Source of the DNA: an uncultured Acidobacteriota bacterium | Lineage (GTDB): Bacteria; Acidobacteriota; Vicinamibacteria; Fen-336 | NCBI GenBank assembly: GCA_963729875.1 | Contig: CAVSPR010000004.1 | Coordinates: 442,046-506,045, forward strand | Direction: 5' to 3' | Length of the DNA: 64,000 bases | Shown: piece after piece, positions 20,705 through 30,991 of the stretch | Layout of the letters: each line of letters begins with the position of its first letter | Position numbering within the stretch: position 1 is the first letter of the stretch | Made by a program: the position numbers and the translations under genes | The notes under the pieces: model-generated | The model's input: only the letters and a program-made list of their open reading frames with translations | What the model was told of the DNA's origin: nothing | The model's database searches: none

Positions 20705-21843
20705 CTACTTGCGCAGACGGGACACGACGGCGGCAACGACGTCGGCGGCGTGGGCGACGTCGGAAGCGGTGGTCGAGCGGCCGAGGGAGAGGCGCAGCGA
20801 GGACTGCACGCGCTGCGGGGGAAGGCCCATCGCGCGCAGGACGTGGGACGGCTCGACACCCCCGGCGGCGCAGGCGGCGCCGGTCGAGACCGCGATGCCC
20901 TCGAGGTCCAGGGCGATGACGAGGCCCTCGGCCTCGACGCCCTCGAACGACACGTTCGACGTGTTGGGCAGCCGGGGATCGGTGCCGTTGCGCCGGGCGC
21001 CGGGGATGGCGAGGAGCTTTTCCTCGAGGAGGTCCCGCAGGGCCGCCTGCCGCGCTCGCCTCCTCCGCGAGGCCCTCGCGGGCCAGGTGCGCGGCGGCGC
21101 CGAAGCCGGCGATGCCGGCCACGTTCTCCGTGCCCGCCCGGCGGTTGCGCTCCTGGCCGCCCCCGCGCACGAGCGGGGCCATGGGCGTGCCCCGGCGGAC
21201 GTAGAGACAGCCCACGCCCTTGGGCCCGCAGAGCTTGTGGGCCGAGAGCGTGAGGAGGTCCACGTCGAGCTCCCGCACGTCGACGGGGACCTTGCCCGCG
21301 GCCTGCACCGCGTCGCAGTGGACGAGGGCGCCCCGCGCGCGGGCGAGGCGGGCCGCCTCGGCCACCGGCTGGAGGACGCCCGTCTCGTTGTTCGCCAGCA
21401 TGAGGGACACGAGCGCGGTCCCGTCCTGCACCTTCGCCGCCAGGTCGTCGAGATCGACGATCCCGCCCTCCGAGACCCGCGCGATCTCCACCGGGACGCC
21501 CTCCTCGCGCAGGGCCTTCCCCGTGTGGAGCACGGCGTGGTGCTCGACGGCGCTCGTGACGAGGCCGCGCCGCTCCGCGCGGCGCGCGGGCCAGCACCCC
21601 GCGCAGCGCCATGTTGTCGGACTCGCTGCCGCTCGCGGTGAAGACGATCTCGGCCGGCGAGGCTCCGACGAGGGCCGCCACCCTCGCGCGCGCGTCCTCG
21701 ACCGCGGCGCGGGCCCGCTGGCCGAACCAGTGGAGGCTCGAGGGGTTGCCGTAGTCGTCGCGCAGGAAGGGCAGCATCGCCTCGAGCACGCGGGGGTCGA
21801 CCGGCGTCGTGGCGTTGTGGTCGAGGTAGACGCGGCGGCTCAC
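20705..21843 (-). pseudogene. iscS: Cysteine desulfurase (IscS/NifS family) split over three frames by two single-base indels (~21040-21055 and ~21575-21595)
   Basis: N-terminal VYLDHNATTPVD...SGSESDNMALRGV in one frame; middle HTGKALREEGVPVEI...LSAHKLCGPKGVGCLYVRR...GTENVAGIAGFG in a second; C-terminal NVSFEGVEAEGLVIALDLEGIAVSTGAACAAG...SLRLSLGRSTT in a third. GTG start overlaps the pncB stop. Confidence 0.8.
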
Positions 21844-23306
21844 AGGCCCCTCGCCTCCAGGACGAGGCGCGTCTTCAGGTCGTGGAGCTCCACGGCGAGG
21901 CCCACGGGGTACTGGTGGGGGTTGACGAACCGCCGGATCCCGGAGTGGAGGCGGCCGATCTGCTGGCGGGCGCGCTCGCGCGTCGCCTCGAGCGGCGGCG
22001 GCTCGTAGATGGTCCGTCCCCCGCGCACCACCGGCACGAGCAGGTCCTCGCCGGGCGTGCCCGGCGGGACCCGCTTGCGGCGCGTGGGATCGAGCGGGTC
22101 CACGGCGAGCGGCGCGTCGGAAAGGCCCGTCTCCTCGTCGAAGATGACGTCGGCCAGGAAGCCCGCGGGAGAGGAGAACCGCCTCACCTGCTGGACGCCC
22201 GGGTTCGACGTCTTCGCCGCCTGCTCCGACACCTTGACCCGGTGCTGCCACGGCCGCCCCGGCTGGCGGACCGCCCCCAGCTTGTACACACCGCCGAGCG
22301 CGGCCTGGTCGCCTCCGGTGACGAGTCTCGTGCCCACGCCCCACAGGTCGATGCGCGCGCCCTGCTCCTTGAGGCTCGCGATGAGGTGCTCGTCGAGGTC
22401 GTTGCTGGCGAGGATGCGCACCGTCGCGAGGCCGGCGTCGTCGAGGATCTTGCGCGCCTCGATGCTGAGGTACGCCAGGTCGCCCGAGTCGAGCCGGATG
22501 CCGATCGGCTCGTGGCCGCGCTCGCGCAGGCGCAGGGCCGCCTCGGCCGCGTGGCGGACGCCGTCGAGGGTGTCGTAGGTGTCGACGAGGAAGACGCAGT
22601 TGTTCGGCTGCGCCCGCGCCCACGCCTCGAACGCCTCTGTCTCCGTGTCGAAGGCCATCACCCAGCTGTGGGCGTGGGTCCCCCGCACCGGGATGCCGAA
22701 CAGGCACGCGGCGAGGACGTTCGAGGTGGCGGCGGCGCCGCCCACGTAGGCCGCGCGCGAGGCGCTGAGCCCGCCGTCGGGCCCCTGCGCCCGCCGCAGG
22801 CCGAAGTCGATCACCTCGTCGCCCCGCGCGGCGAGGCAGACCCGCGCCGCCTTCGTCGCGATGAGGGTCTCGAAGTTGACGAAGTTCAGCAGGGCGGTCT
22901 CGACGAGCTGCGCGTGGAGGATGGGGCCGCGCACGCGGACGAGCGGCTCGTAGGGGAAGGCGACGGTGCCCTCGGGCACGGCGTCCACGTCGCAGCGCAG
23001 GCGCAGCTCGCCGAGCTCGCGCAGGAAGGCGGGGTCGAAGAGGGGGCGCCCGTCGTTGCCCGAGAGTCCGCCGAGGTACGCGAGGTCCTCGGGCGTGTAG
23101 TGGAAGCCGGCCAGGTAGTCGAGCGCCCGGGCGAGGCCGCACGCCACCGCGAAGCCGCCCCCGAAGGGGTTGCTCCGAAAGAAGAGGTGGAAGACGGCCT
23201 CCTCCTCCGCGCGGCCCGAGTGGCGGTACGCCTGGGCCATGGTCAGCTGGTAGAGGTCCGTGGAGAGCGCGAGCGAAGGCCGGTAGACGTCCGCGAGGCG
23301 GGTCAT
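21840..23306 (-). CDS. pncB: Nicotinate phosphoribosyltransferase
   Basis: [21 protein letters not shown] and [10 protein letters not shown] motifs match the NAPRTase family. Start [12 protein letters not shown] at ~23306. Confidence 0.85.
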   Translation of the reverse strand: MTRLADVYRPSLALSTDLYQLTMAQAYRHSGRAEEEAVFHLFFRSNPFGGGFAVACGLARALDYLAGFHYTPEDLAYLGGLSGNDGRPLFDPAFLRELGELRLRCDVDAVPEGTVAFPYEPLVRVRGPILHAQLVETALLNFVNFETLIATKAARVCLAARGDEVIDFGLRRAQGPDGGLSASRAAYVGGAAATSNVLAACLFGIPVRGTHAHSWVMAFDTETEAFEAWARAQPNNCVFLVDTYDTLDGVRHAAEAALRLRERGHEPIGIRLDSGDLAYLSIEARKILDDAGLATVRILASNDLDEHLIASLKEQGARIDLWGVGTRLVTGGDQAALGGVYKLGAVRQPGRPWQHRVKVSEQAAKTSNPGVQQVRRFSSPAGFLADVIFDEETGLSDAPLAVDPLDPTRRKRVPPGTPGEDLLVPVVRGGRTIYEPPPLEATRERARQQIGRLHSGIRRFVNPHQYPVGLAVELHDLKTRLVLEARGL

Positions 23307-24153
23307 GGGAGCATCATGCGACAAGAGCCGGCCCGCAGGCGAGGGGCTACAATCCGGCGTGCCTCCCCTGATCGCGCTGCTCACCGACTTCGGGCTCCGC
23401 GACGCCTACGTCGGGGCCATGAAGGGGGCGATCCTCTCGGTCTGCCCGGAGGCGACGCTCGTGGACGTGCTGCACGAGGTACCCGCCCACGACGTGGCGG
23501 CGGGGGCGCTCGCGCTCGAGGCCGCCTACCGGCACTTCCCGGGAGGCACGGTGTTCGTGGCGGTGGTGGACCCGGGCGTCGGCTCGCCGCGGCGGCCCCT
23601 CGCCGTGGGGGCGGGCCGCTGGCTCTTCGTCGGCCCCGACAACGGCCTCCTCACCCCCGTGCTCGACGCCCACCCGTCGGCTCGCGTGCACCTCGTCGCG
23701 AGCCCGCTGCTCTTCCGCGAGCCGCTCTCCCCGGTCTTTCACGGGCGCGACCTCTTCGGCCCCGTCGCCGGCCACCTGGCCCGTGGCCTCTCCCTGGAGG
23801 AGGTGGGGCCCCGGGTGGCGGACGCCGTCCGCCTCGCCGCGCCCCCGAAGACGCGGCTCGAGGACGGCTGGCAGGGAGTGGTCGTCCTCGTCGACCGCTT
23901 CGGCAACCTCACGACCAACCTCCTCGAGTCCGACCTCGAGCCGCTCGCCGGCCGCGGCTTCGAGGGGCTCGAGGTGAGCCTCGGCGGGCGGGCTCTCCCC
24001 CTCGTTCGCTCGTACTCGGACGTGGAGGCCGGCCAGCCCTGTGCGCTCGTCGGCTCGAGCGGCCGGCTCGAGATCGCCGTTCACCGCGGCCGTGCCGACG
24101 CGCTGCCGGGCGCCGGCCCCGGCGCGAGCGTGCGGGTGCGCCGGCGCACCTGA
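23305..24153 (+). CDS. SAM hydroxide adenosyltransferase (DUF62; fluorinase/chlorinase-related S-adenosylmethionine hydrolase)
   Basis: [23 protein letters not shown]...VVDPGVGS...GPDNGLL match the DUF62 family. Alternative GTG start near 23359. Confidence 0.65.
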   Translation: MGASCDKSRPAGEGLQSGVPPLIALLTDFGLRDAYVGAMKGAILSVCPEATLVDVLHEVPAHDVAAGALALEAAYRHFPGGTVFVAVVDPGVGSPRRPLAVGAGRWLFVGPDNGLLTPVLDAHPSARVHLVASPLLFREPLSPVFHGRDLFGPVAGHLARGLSLEEVGPRVADAVRLAAPPKTRLEDGWQGVVVLVDRFGNLTTNLLESDLEPLAGRGFEGLEVSLGGRALPLVRSYSDVEAGQPCALVGSSGRLEIAVHRGRADALPGAGPGASVRVRRRT

Positions 24154-24248
24154 GCGTGCTAAACTCGGCTCCGCGTTAAGCTGCGGAAAACGTGCGGCTT
24201 GTCGCTCGAGCGAGGGCCGCTCGGCACCCAGAAAGGGGCACGACCCGC

Positions 24249-25073
24249 ATGGCCGAGGAGTTCGACGATCCACACGACGAGGACGTCTTCGCCCCCGTCG
24301 GCGACCAGGCCTTCAAGCACGTCACCGTCGACACCGCGCAGGGGATCACCCGCATCACGCTGAACCGACCGCCCGCCAACGTGCTCTCGGTCGAGATGAT
24401 GCAGGAGCTGGCGGCGGCCGTGGAGTCGCTCGAGTACCAGCGCGACGTCAAGCTCGTCACCCTGTTCGGCTCAGGCAAGTACTTCTCGGCGGGCTTCGAG
24501 CTCGGCGACCACCTGGGCGACCGCGCCTACATGATGCTCGAGGGGTTCCGGCGCATCTTCGAGGCGCTCGCCAAGGTGGACAAGCCGACGCTCGCGGTGG
24601 TGGCGGGGCCGGCCCTCGGGGCCGGCTGCATCCTCGCCGCGGGCTGCGACATGGTGCTCGCCGCCCAGAGCGCCAAGCTCGGCCATCCCGAGATCCGGGG
24701 GGGCGTCTTCAACACGGTGGCGGTGGCGCTCCTGCCCCGGCTGGTGGGGAGGCGGCGCGCCTTCGAGCTGCTGATGACGGGAGCGAGCCTGAGCGCCGCC
24801 GACGCCGAGCGGATCGGCCTCGTGTCGAGGGCGGTGCCCGACGAGCGGCTCGACGCGGAGGTGGCGGCGATCGTCCAGCGCTTCCAGGAGTCGAGCGCCC
24901 CGGTGATGCAGCTGACGCGGCGCGCGATCGCGGGCGGCCTCAACCTCCCCTTCGACGAGGCGGTGCGCCACGCCGAGGACGTGTACCTCAACCAGCTGCT
25001 CAACACCGAGGACGTCGAGGAGGGGCTGCGCGCGGTGTCGGAGAAGCGCAAGCCCGCCTGGAAGGACCGTTGA
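24249..25073 (+). CDS. Enoyl-CoA hydratase/isomerase (crotonase) family protein
   Basis: Crotonase fold: ITLNRPPANVLS, LFGSGKYFSAGFELGD, AVVAGPALGAGCILAAGCDMVLAAQSAKLGHPEIRGGV. Confidence 0.8.
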   Translation: MAEEFDDPHDEDVFAPVGDQAFKHVTVDTAQGITRITLNRPPANVLSVEMMQELAAAVESLEYQRDVKLVTLFGSGKYFSAGFELGDHLGDRAYMMLEGFRRIFEALAKVDKPTLAVVAGPALGAGCILAAGCDMVLAAQSAKLGHPEIRGGVFNTVAVALLPRLVGRRRAFELLMTGASLSAADAERIGLVSRAVPDERLDAEVAAIVQRFQESSAPVMQLTRRAIAGGLNLPFDEAVRHAEDVYLNQLLNTEDVEEGLRAVSEKRKPAWKDR

Positions 25074-25339
25074 GCGCGGCCGGCCGACCCTCCCACGGCG
25101 ACTGGGACTGCGTGCTCGAGGCCCGGCAGGTCTACGAGGCCGAGCTGGCGGCCGGGCGGCTGCGGGAGGCGGGGATCGAGGCGCGCGTGATCGACCAGAG
25201 CTACCGCCAGGAGCCGGTGCCCAGCGTGCGGTCGTTCTCGATCGTGCGGGTGCTGGTGCCGGCCGAGCGCGCCGCGGAGGCGCGCGAGATCCTGGCGGAG
25301 GCGGGCGGAGCCGCCCCCCGACGACGAGAGCGAGGAGAC

Positions 25340-26552
25340 ATGATCGACCTGGATCTGACCGAAGAGCACGAGGCGCTCGTCGCGACCGCTGAGCGAGTGG
25401 GGCCGGAAGGAGGTCCTCCCGCAGATCCACGACCTCGACCGGGCCCACCGGTTCAACCGCGACTTCCTCCGGCAGATGGCCGACCTGCAGCTGCTCGGCA
25501 TCTGCATCCCCGAGGAGTGGGGGGGCGCGGGCATGGACTACGTGAGCCTCGGCCTCGCCTGCGAGGAGCTCGAGTACGTGGACACCCACCTGCGCGTGAT
25601 CATGTCCGTGCACGTGGGGCTCAACTCGATGACCCTGTGGTGCTGGGGGACGGAGGAGCAGAAGAAGAAGTACCTCGTGCCCCAGGCGAAGGGCGAGAAG
25701 ATCGCGACCTACGGCCTCACCGAGCCGAACGCGGGCTCCGACGCGGTCGGCATCCAGACGACCGCCGTGCGCCGGGGGGACCGCTACGTCCTCAACGGCG
25801 AGAAGATGTGGATCAGCCTCGCCGACGTGGCCGACCACTTCCTGGTGATCGCCTGGACCGACCAGGAAAAGAAGAAGAGGCGCGACCACTCGGGCATGTC
25901 GGCCTTCATCGTCGAGCGCGGCTTCGAGGGCTTCTCGTCCTTCTCGATCAAGGAGAAGTGGGGGATCCTCGCCGGGAACACCGGGGGCTTCTCGATGCAG
26001 GACGTCGAGGTCCCGGTCGAGAACCGGGTGGGGGAGGAGGGCGAGGGCTTCAAGGTCGCGATGTTCGCCCTCGAGAACGGCCGCTACACCGTGGCCTCCG
26101 GCGCGACCGGCCTCGTCCGGGCCTGCCGCGACGCCTCCGTGGCCTACGCGCAGACCCGCAAGACCTTCGGGGTGCCGATCGGCGAGCACCAGCTGGTCAA
26201 GGAGATGATCGCGCAGATGGTCTCCGACTACGACGCGTCGCGCCTGCTCTGGCTGCGCGCCGGCTGGCTCAAGAACGAGGGCCGGCGCAACACGCGCGAG
26301 ACCTCGCTCGCGAAGTGGTTCGCGACGGTGGCGAGCGAGCGCGCAGCCGGCGACGCGGTGCAGATCCACGGCGCGAACGGCTACTCCGACGAGTACCCGG
26401 TCGGCCGCTTCTACCGCAACTGCAAGGCAGCGGTCATCTACGAGGGCAGCCGCGAGGTCCACAAGCTCATGCAGGCCGACTACGCACTCGGCTACCGCCA
26501 GGACAAGCCTCGGCGGGTCGAGCTGCCGGCGTACAAGGCGGCCGGCAGGTAG
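25340..26552 (+). CDS. Acyl-CoA dehydrogenase; single-base frameshift at ~25398-25402; possible in-frame N-terminal DUF2007-like extension from ~25070
   Basis: [20 protein letters not shown] in one frame, then [10 protein letters not shown]...[15 protein letters not shown]...[11 protein letters not shown]...[33 protein letters not shown] in the frame of ORF 25476..26552. Confidence 0.8.
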
Positions 26553-26593
26553 CCGGCGGCCAGACGCTGCGGCCGAGGGGCGCGGGCCTCGTC

Positions 26594-26770
26594 GTCCTGC
26601 ATTCCGGGGAGTGAACGTCGAGAGGCCCTCGGCCGTCGCCTTCGTAATCCTACATTTCGGGGACTGGCCGGCATCGACGCCCACGGCTTCACCTGGCGTT
26701 CTTGTTCTGGGGGGTGCTGCTTGCCCTGGCCGGAGGGCCAGGGCGCACCCCGGACCCCCCGGGGCGACGG
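26594..26770. repeat. Structured intergenic element, copy B; related to 20527-20672
   Basis: Two tandem TCCTRCATYYCGGGGASTG boxes, CGGCTTCACCTG, TTGTTCTGGGGGG, hairpins GCCCTGGCC-ggag-GGCCAGGGC and CCCCGG-acccc-CCGGGG. Lies between the acyl-CoA dehydrogenase stop and the glpX start. Confidence 0.4.
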
Positions 26771-26802
26771 AGTATGATCGGCTCGTTCCGCGGAGGTGCT
26801 TG

Positions 26803-27771
26803 ATGATTCCGGCTGATCTGCCTCTCGAGTTCGTACGCGTCGTCGAGCGTGCGGCGATCGCGGCGGCCCGCACGATGGGCCAGGGCGACCGCAAGGGCGC
26901 GGACCACGTCACGGTCGAGGCGATGCGCAAGGAGATGGAGACGGTCGACATCGAGGGCACCATCGTGATCGGCGAAGGCGAGCGCGACGAGGCCCCCATG
27001 CTCTACATCGGCGAGAAGGTCGGGACCCGGCACGGGCCCGCCGTAGACATCGCCGTCGACCCCCTCGAGGGCACCAACCTCTGCGCGACCGGCACCGCGG
27101 GCGCGATCGCGGTTCTCGCCGCCGCCGAGCAGGGGGGCCTCCTCCACGCGCCCGACATCTACATGGACAAGCTCGTCGTGCCCGGCCCCGCCCGGGGCAA
27201 GCTCGACATCCTGGCGCCCGTGGCCGACAACCTGAAGGCGCTCGCCGCCGCCCTCAACCGGGACGTCGAGGACCTGGTGGTCATCGTGCTCGACCGGCCG
27301 CGGCACGAGAAGCTGATCACGGAGATACGGCGGGCCGGGGCGCGCATCCGGCTGATCGGGGACGGCGACCTGTCCGCCGCCATCTCGGCCGCGGTGAGCG
27401 GGACCGGGGTCCACGCGGTGATGGGCATCGGCGGGGCCCCGGAGGGGGTGCTCGCGGCCGCCGCGATGCGCTGCCTGAACGGCGAGATCCAGGGACGGCT
27501 CGTCCTCACCCGGCCGGCGGACGCGGACCGCATGCGCAAGATGGGGATCACCGACCTCGGCCGGGTGTACCGGACGGAGGACCTCGCCCCCGGCCGGAAC
27601 ATCATCTTCGCCGCCGCCGGGGTCACCGAGGGCCCGCTGCTCGAGGCGGTCCGCTTCTTCCGCGACGGCATCAGGACGGAGTGCCTGGTCATGACGACCG
27701 CTCCACACCAGGTCCGGTTCATCGACACCATCCACGCCGAGGACCGCCCGGACCTGCTGATCCGTTTCTGA
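26803..27771 (+). CDS. glpX: Fructose-1,6-bisphosphatase class II
   Basis: [24 protein letters not shown]...[11 protein letters not shown]...[10 protein letters not shown] match the GlpX family. Confidence 0.85.
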   Translation: MIPADLPLEFVRVVERAAIAAARTMGQGDRKGADHVTVEAMRKEMETVDIEGTIVIGEGERDEAPMLYIGEKVGTRHGPAVDIAVDPLEGTNLCATGTAGAIAVLAAAEQGGLLHAPDIYMDKLVVPGPARGKLDILAPVADNLKALAAALNRDVEDLVVIVLDRPRHEKLITEIRRAGARIRLIGDGDLSAAISAAVSGTGVHAVMGIGGAPEGVLAAAAMRCLNGEIQGRLVLTRPADADRMRKMGITDLGRVYRTEDLAPGRNIIFAAAGVTEGPLLEAVRFFRDGIRTECLVMTTAPHQVRFIDTIHAEDRPDLLIRF

Positions 27772-27941
27772 ACACACCGCTGGCTCTATTGTGATCGCGG
27801 ACACATTCTGAGGGCCCCCTCCGGGCGGTTAATGGCGCGCTGCGGAGAGGAGGGGCGGGTGTCTCGACGGCCATCGGGGCGCAGGGTGGGTCGGCAGTCT
27901 CGTTCTATCGAGGGGTTACGAGCCGAACCCTCAATTTACGC

Positions 27942-27970
27942 TTGACATGACAAGGTGCGTCTGTTAGCTT
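27942..27970 (+). promoter_or_regulatory. Putative sigma70-type promoter TTGACA-N17-TAGCTT upstream of pilM, within an unusually AT-rich leader
   Basis: Hexamers seen directly; the same TTGACA-N17-TAGCAT architecture recurs upstream of pilB (55187-55215). The 27930-28030 region is strikingly AT-rich for this genome. Confidence 0.35.
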
Positions 27971-28103
27971 CACCCAGAACTTTAACTATTCTTGATAAGT
28001 GTGGATTTAAATTGAGTTCTAATTCGAAACAGCGCGGCGCCGGCAGGGGCCGTGAAACGACAGGCGAGGTCGGGAGCGAGAACGGTCAGTAGAGGAGACG
28101 CCC

Positions 28104-29171
28104 GTGGGCCTTTTCGGCAAGAAGAAGGGACTGGTCGGCGTCGACATCGGCTCCTCGGCTGTGAAGGCGGTGGAGCTGAAAGTTGGCGGCAAGGGCGGCG
28201 AAGAGTACCAGCTCCTGAACGTCGGGATCGAGTCGCTTCCGCCGGAGGCGATCGTGGACGGCGCGATCATGGACTCCGGTGCCGTGATCGACTCGATCCA
28301 GCGGCTGTTCCAGGAGAACAAGATCAAGACGAGCGACGTGGCCACGGGGGTCTCGGGCAACGCCGTCATCGTCAAGAAGATCAGCCTCCCGCAGATGAGC
28401 ACCGAGGAGCTCGCCGAGTCCATCCACTGGGAGGCGGAGCAGTACATCCCGTTCGACATCCAGGACGTCGCCCTCGACTACGAGGTCATCGAGGGCGGGG
28501 GCTCGGGCGGGAACATGGACGTCCTGCTCGTCGCGGTGAAGAAGGACAAGATCAGCGAGTACACGTCGACGATCACGCAGGCCGGCCGTAACGCCTCGAT
28601 CGTGGACGTGGACGTCTTCGCCCTCCAGAACTGCTACGAGCTCAACTACGGGGTGGACCCCGGCCGCGTGGTGGCGCTCCTGAACATCGGCGCCTCCATC
28701 ATGAACGTGAACGTGGTGAAGGGCGGGGTCTCGGTCTTCAACCGCGACATCGCCGCCGGCGGCAACCAGTACACGGACGCGATACAGAAGGACCTCAACC
28801 TCTCCTTCGAGCAGGCCGAGGCGCTGAAGAAGGGCGAGCAGGTCGAGGGGGCGGCCCCGGAGAGCCTCCACCCGATTCTCCAGGCGGTGTCGGAGAACGT
28901 GGCGATGGAGGTCCAGAAGACCTTCGACTTCTTCCGGGCCACGAGCCAGGAGGACCGGATCGACCAGATCTTCCTCTCCGGCGGCACCGCCAAGATCCAC
29001 GGCCTCCGGGACCTCCTCCAGGACCGGTTCGGAGCGCCGGTGGAGCTCCTGAACCCGTTCCTCAACGTTCGCTACAGCGAGAAGGACTTCAACCCGGACT
29101 ACCTCGAGGACATCGGGCCCTCGGCGGCCATCGCCGTGGGCCTCGCCGCACGCAGGGTGGGTGACCGATGA
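28104..29171 (+). CDS. pilM: Type IV pilus assembly protein PilM (actin-like ATPase)
   Basis: MGLFGKKKGLVGVDIGSSAVKAVEL... matches PilM/FtsA-like proteins; first gene of the pilMNOPQ set. Confidence 0.9.
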   Translation: MGLFGKKKGLVGVDIGSSAVKAVELKVGGKGGEEYQLLNVGIESLPPEAIVDGAIMDSGAVIDSIQRLFQENKIKTSDVATGVSGNAVIVKKISLPQMSTEELAESIHWEAEQYIPFDIQDVALDYEVIEGGGSGGNMDVLLVAVKKDKISEYTSTITQAGRNASIVDVDVFALQNCYELNYGVDPGRVVALLNIGASIMNVNVVKGGVSVFNRDIAAGGNQYTDAIQKDLNLSFEQAEALKKGEQVEGAAPESLHPILQAVSENVAMEVQKTFDFFRATSQEDRIDQIFLSGGTAKIHGLRDLLQDRFGAPVELLNPFLNVRYSEKDFNPDYLEDIGPSAAIAVGLAARRVGDR

Positions 29172-29800
29172 TCCGCATCAACCTCGTCGCACCCGAGCGG
29201 GCCGCCAAGGCGAAGCCCCGGGGCCCGGCCATGCCCGCAGGGGCTCTGCAGAGCTACCTGCTGCTCGCCCTCTTCGCGGGCGGCGCGCTCGTCCTCTGCG
29301 CCGGCGCGTGGTGGCTGCAGTCGGCGAAGCTCAAGGACCTCGAGACGCGGATCGCCGCCGACGAGAAGCGCCAGAGGGACCTGCAGGCGATCAAGCAGCA
29401 GGTCGATCAGTTCCAGCAGAAGAAGGCGATCCTGGAGAACAAGGTGCTCGTCATCGAGCAGCTCCGGCTCGCCCAGAAGAGCCCCGTGCACATGCTGGAG
29501 GAGATCTCCAAGGCCCTGCCCGACTTCGTCTGGCTCACCGGCATGGACGAAACCCAGGGTGCCGTCCGCTTCAACGGCCAGAGCAATACCCTGGCCGCGG
29601 TCGCCGACTTCATCAGCGGCCTCCAGCGCAGCGGCTGGTTTCCCCAGGTGGACCTCGTCTCCAGCCAGGATCAGGAAAACATCGTGAACTTCGTGGTCAG
29701 CGGGACGTTCAAGGACCCCGAGGTGGCGGCCAAGGAGAAGGCGGCGGCGGAGGCGAAAGCCGCGGCTGCACTCTCGGCCCAGCCCCAGGGCAGGAAGTAG
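29168..29800 (+). CDS. pilN: Type IV pilus assembly protein PilN
   Basis: MIRINLVAPE..., one TM, coiled coil; start overlaps the pilM stop. Confidence 0.85.
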   Translation: MIRINLVAPERAAKAKPRGPAMPAGALQSYLLLALFAGGALVLCAGAWWLQSAKLKDLETRIAADEKRQRDLQAIKQQVDQFQQKKAILENKVLVIEQLRLAQKSPVHMLEEISKALPDFVWLTGMDETQGAVRFNGQSNTLAAVADFISGLQRSGWFPQVDLVSSQDQENIVNFVVSGTFKDPEVAAKEKAAAEAKAAAALSAQPQGRK

Positions 29801-29810
29801 GGAGGCGGAG

Positions 29811-30428
29811 ATGGCCGAGAACCCCCTCACCAGACTCCCCCTGGCCGGCCAGCTGGGCGTGTCGGCTTTGATCGCCGCCGTCATCTGCGGAGGCTTCTAC
29901 TGGTTCTGGTACTCGGATGCCCTCGCGACGCAGAAGGCGCAGGAGGCCAAGCTCTCCGACCTGCAGAAGCAGATCCGGGCCCTCGAGGCCACCGCCAACA
30001 AGCTGCCGGAGTTCCAGCGCGAGGTGCAGGCCCTCGAGGCGCGGCTCGAGACCCTCAAGCGGATCCTCCCGCCGGAGAAGGAGATGCCCGATCTCATGCG
30101 GCGCGTGCAGTACCTCGCCGCGCAGTCGAGCCTCCAGATTCGCCGGTTCAACCCGGCCACTCCGGCCCAGAAGGAGTTCTACCAGGAAGTCCCGATCCAG
30201 CTCGACCTCGCCGGCACCTACCACAACCTCGGGGCGTTCCTGGACCGGGTCAGCCGGATGTCGCGACTCGTGAGCATGGGCAACGTGAAGATCAGCGCCA
30301 ACAGCACGCCCACGATCACGAACACGATCGCGGTCTCGGCGGTGGCCACCACGTACGTCTACCTGGACACCGCACCACCTGCCGCGGCCCAGAAGGGCAA
30401 GCGGCCCGGCCCTGGAGCCCAGCGATGA
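29811..30428 (+). CDS. pilO: Type IV pilus assembly protein PilO
   Basis: One TM then a coiled-coil / PilO fold; position between pilN and pilP. Confidence 0.8.
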   Translation: MAENPLTRLPLAGQLGVSALIAAVICGGFYWFWYSDALATQKAQEAKLSDLQKQIRALEATANKLPEFQREVQALEARLETLKRILPPEKEMPDLMRRVQYLAAQSSLQIRRFNPATPAQKEFYQEVPIQLDLAGTYHNLGAFLDRVSRMSRLVSMGNVKISANSTPTITNTIAVSAVATTYVYLDTAPPAAAQKGKRPGPGAQR

Positions 30429-30991
30429 GGGGGCTCGTCATGACGACCGCGCTCCTGGCCGCCCTCGCCCTCGTGGCGGCGGGACCCGCCCTGGCGCAGC
30501 CAGCGGCCCCGGCACAGCAAGCGGCCCCGGCCGCGACCCCGCCTCCCGAGGCGGTGCCCGCGGGCGCGGCCGAGGCGGCCCGCCCCCCGCTCGACGTGGA
30601 GCTCGAGACCGGCGGCTACTCGTACAACTCGCAGGGTCGACGCGACCCGTTCGTCAGCCTCCAGCGCCCGGTTGCGGCGGACCGGGGCCCGAAGACGCGC
30701 AAGCCGGGCATGGAAGGCTTCCTGATCCAGGAGATCGCACTCAAGGGAATCGTCCGCACGACCGGAGGCGGGGTCGGCGCGGCCCAGAGGGGCGGGTTCA
30801 TCGCCATGTTCCTGGGCGCCGACGGCAAGTCGTATTTCGTGACCACGGGGCAGCGGCTCTACGACGGTGTCATCACCGGCGTGGACGCGACCTCCGTGAC
30901 CTTCCGGCAGGAGGTAACGGATCCCCTCTCGCCGGTCAAGACGCGCGAGGTCCGGAAGAGCCTGTATGCGTCGGAGGAGGCGAGGCAATGA
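30425..30991 (+). CDS. pilP: Type IV pilus assembly lipoprotein PilP
   Basis: Signal peptide, Pro/Ala-rich linker and beta domain; overlaps pilO and pilQ. Confidence 0.75.
   Translation: MRGLVMTTALLAALALVAAGPALAQPAAPAQQAAPAATPPPEAVPAGAAEAARPPLDVELETGGYSYNSQGRRDPFVSLQRPVAADRGPKTRKPGMEGFLIQEIALKGIVRTTGGGVGAAQRGGFIAMFLGADGKSYFVTTGQRLYDGVITGVDATSVTFRQEVTDPLSPVKTREVRKSLYASEEARQ

Noticed and set aside
28019-28591. Small ORFs 28019..28459 (-) and 28052..28591 (+) overlapping the pilM 5' region
   Set aside because: They overlap the well-supported pilM gene and its AT-rich leader; no homology and no coding bias.
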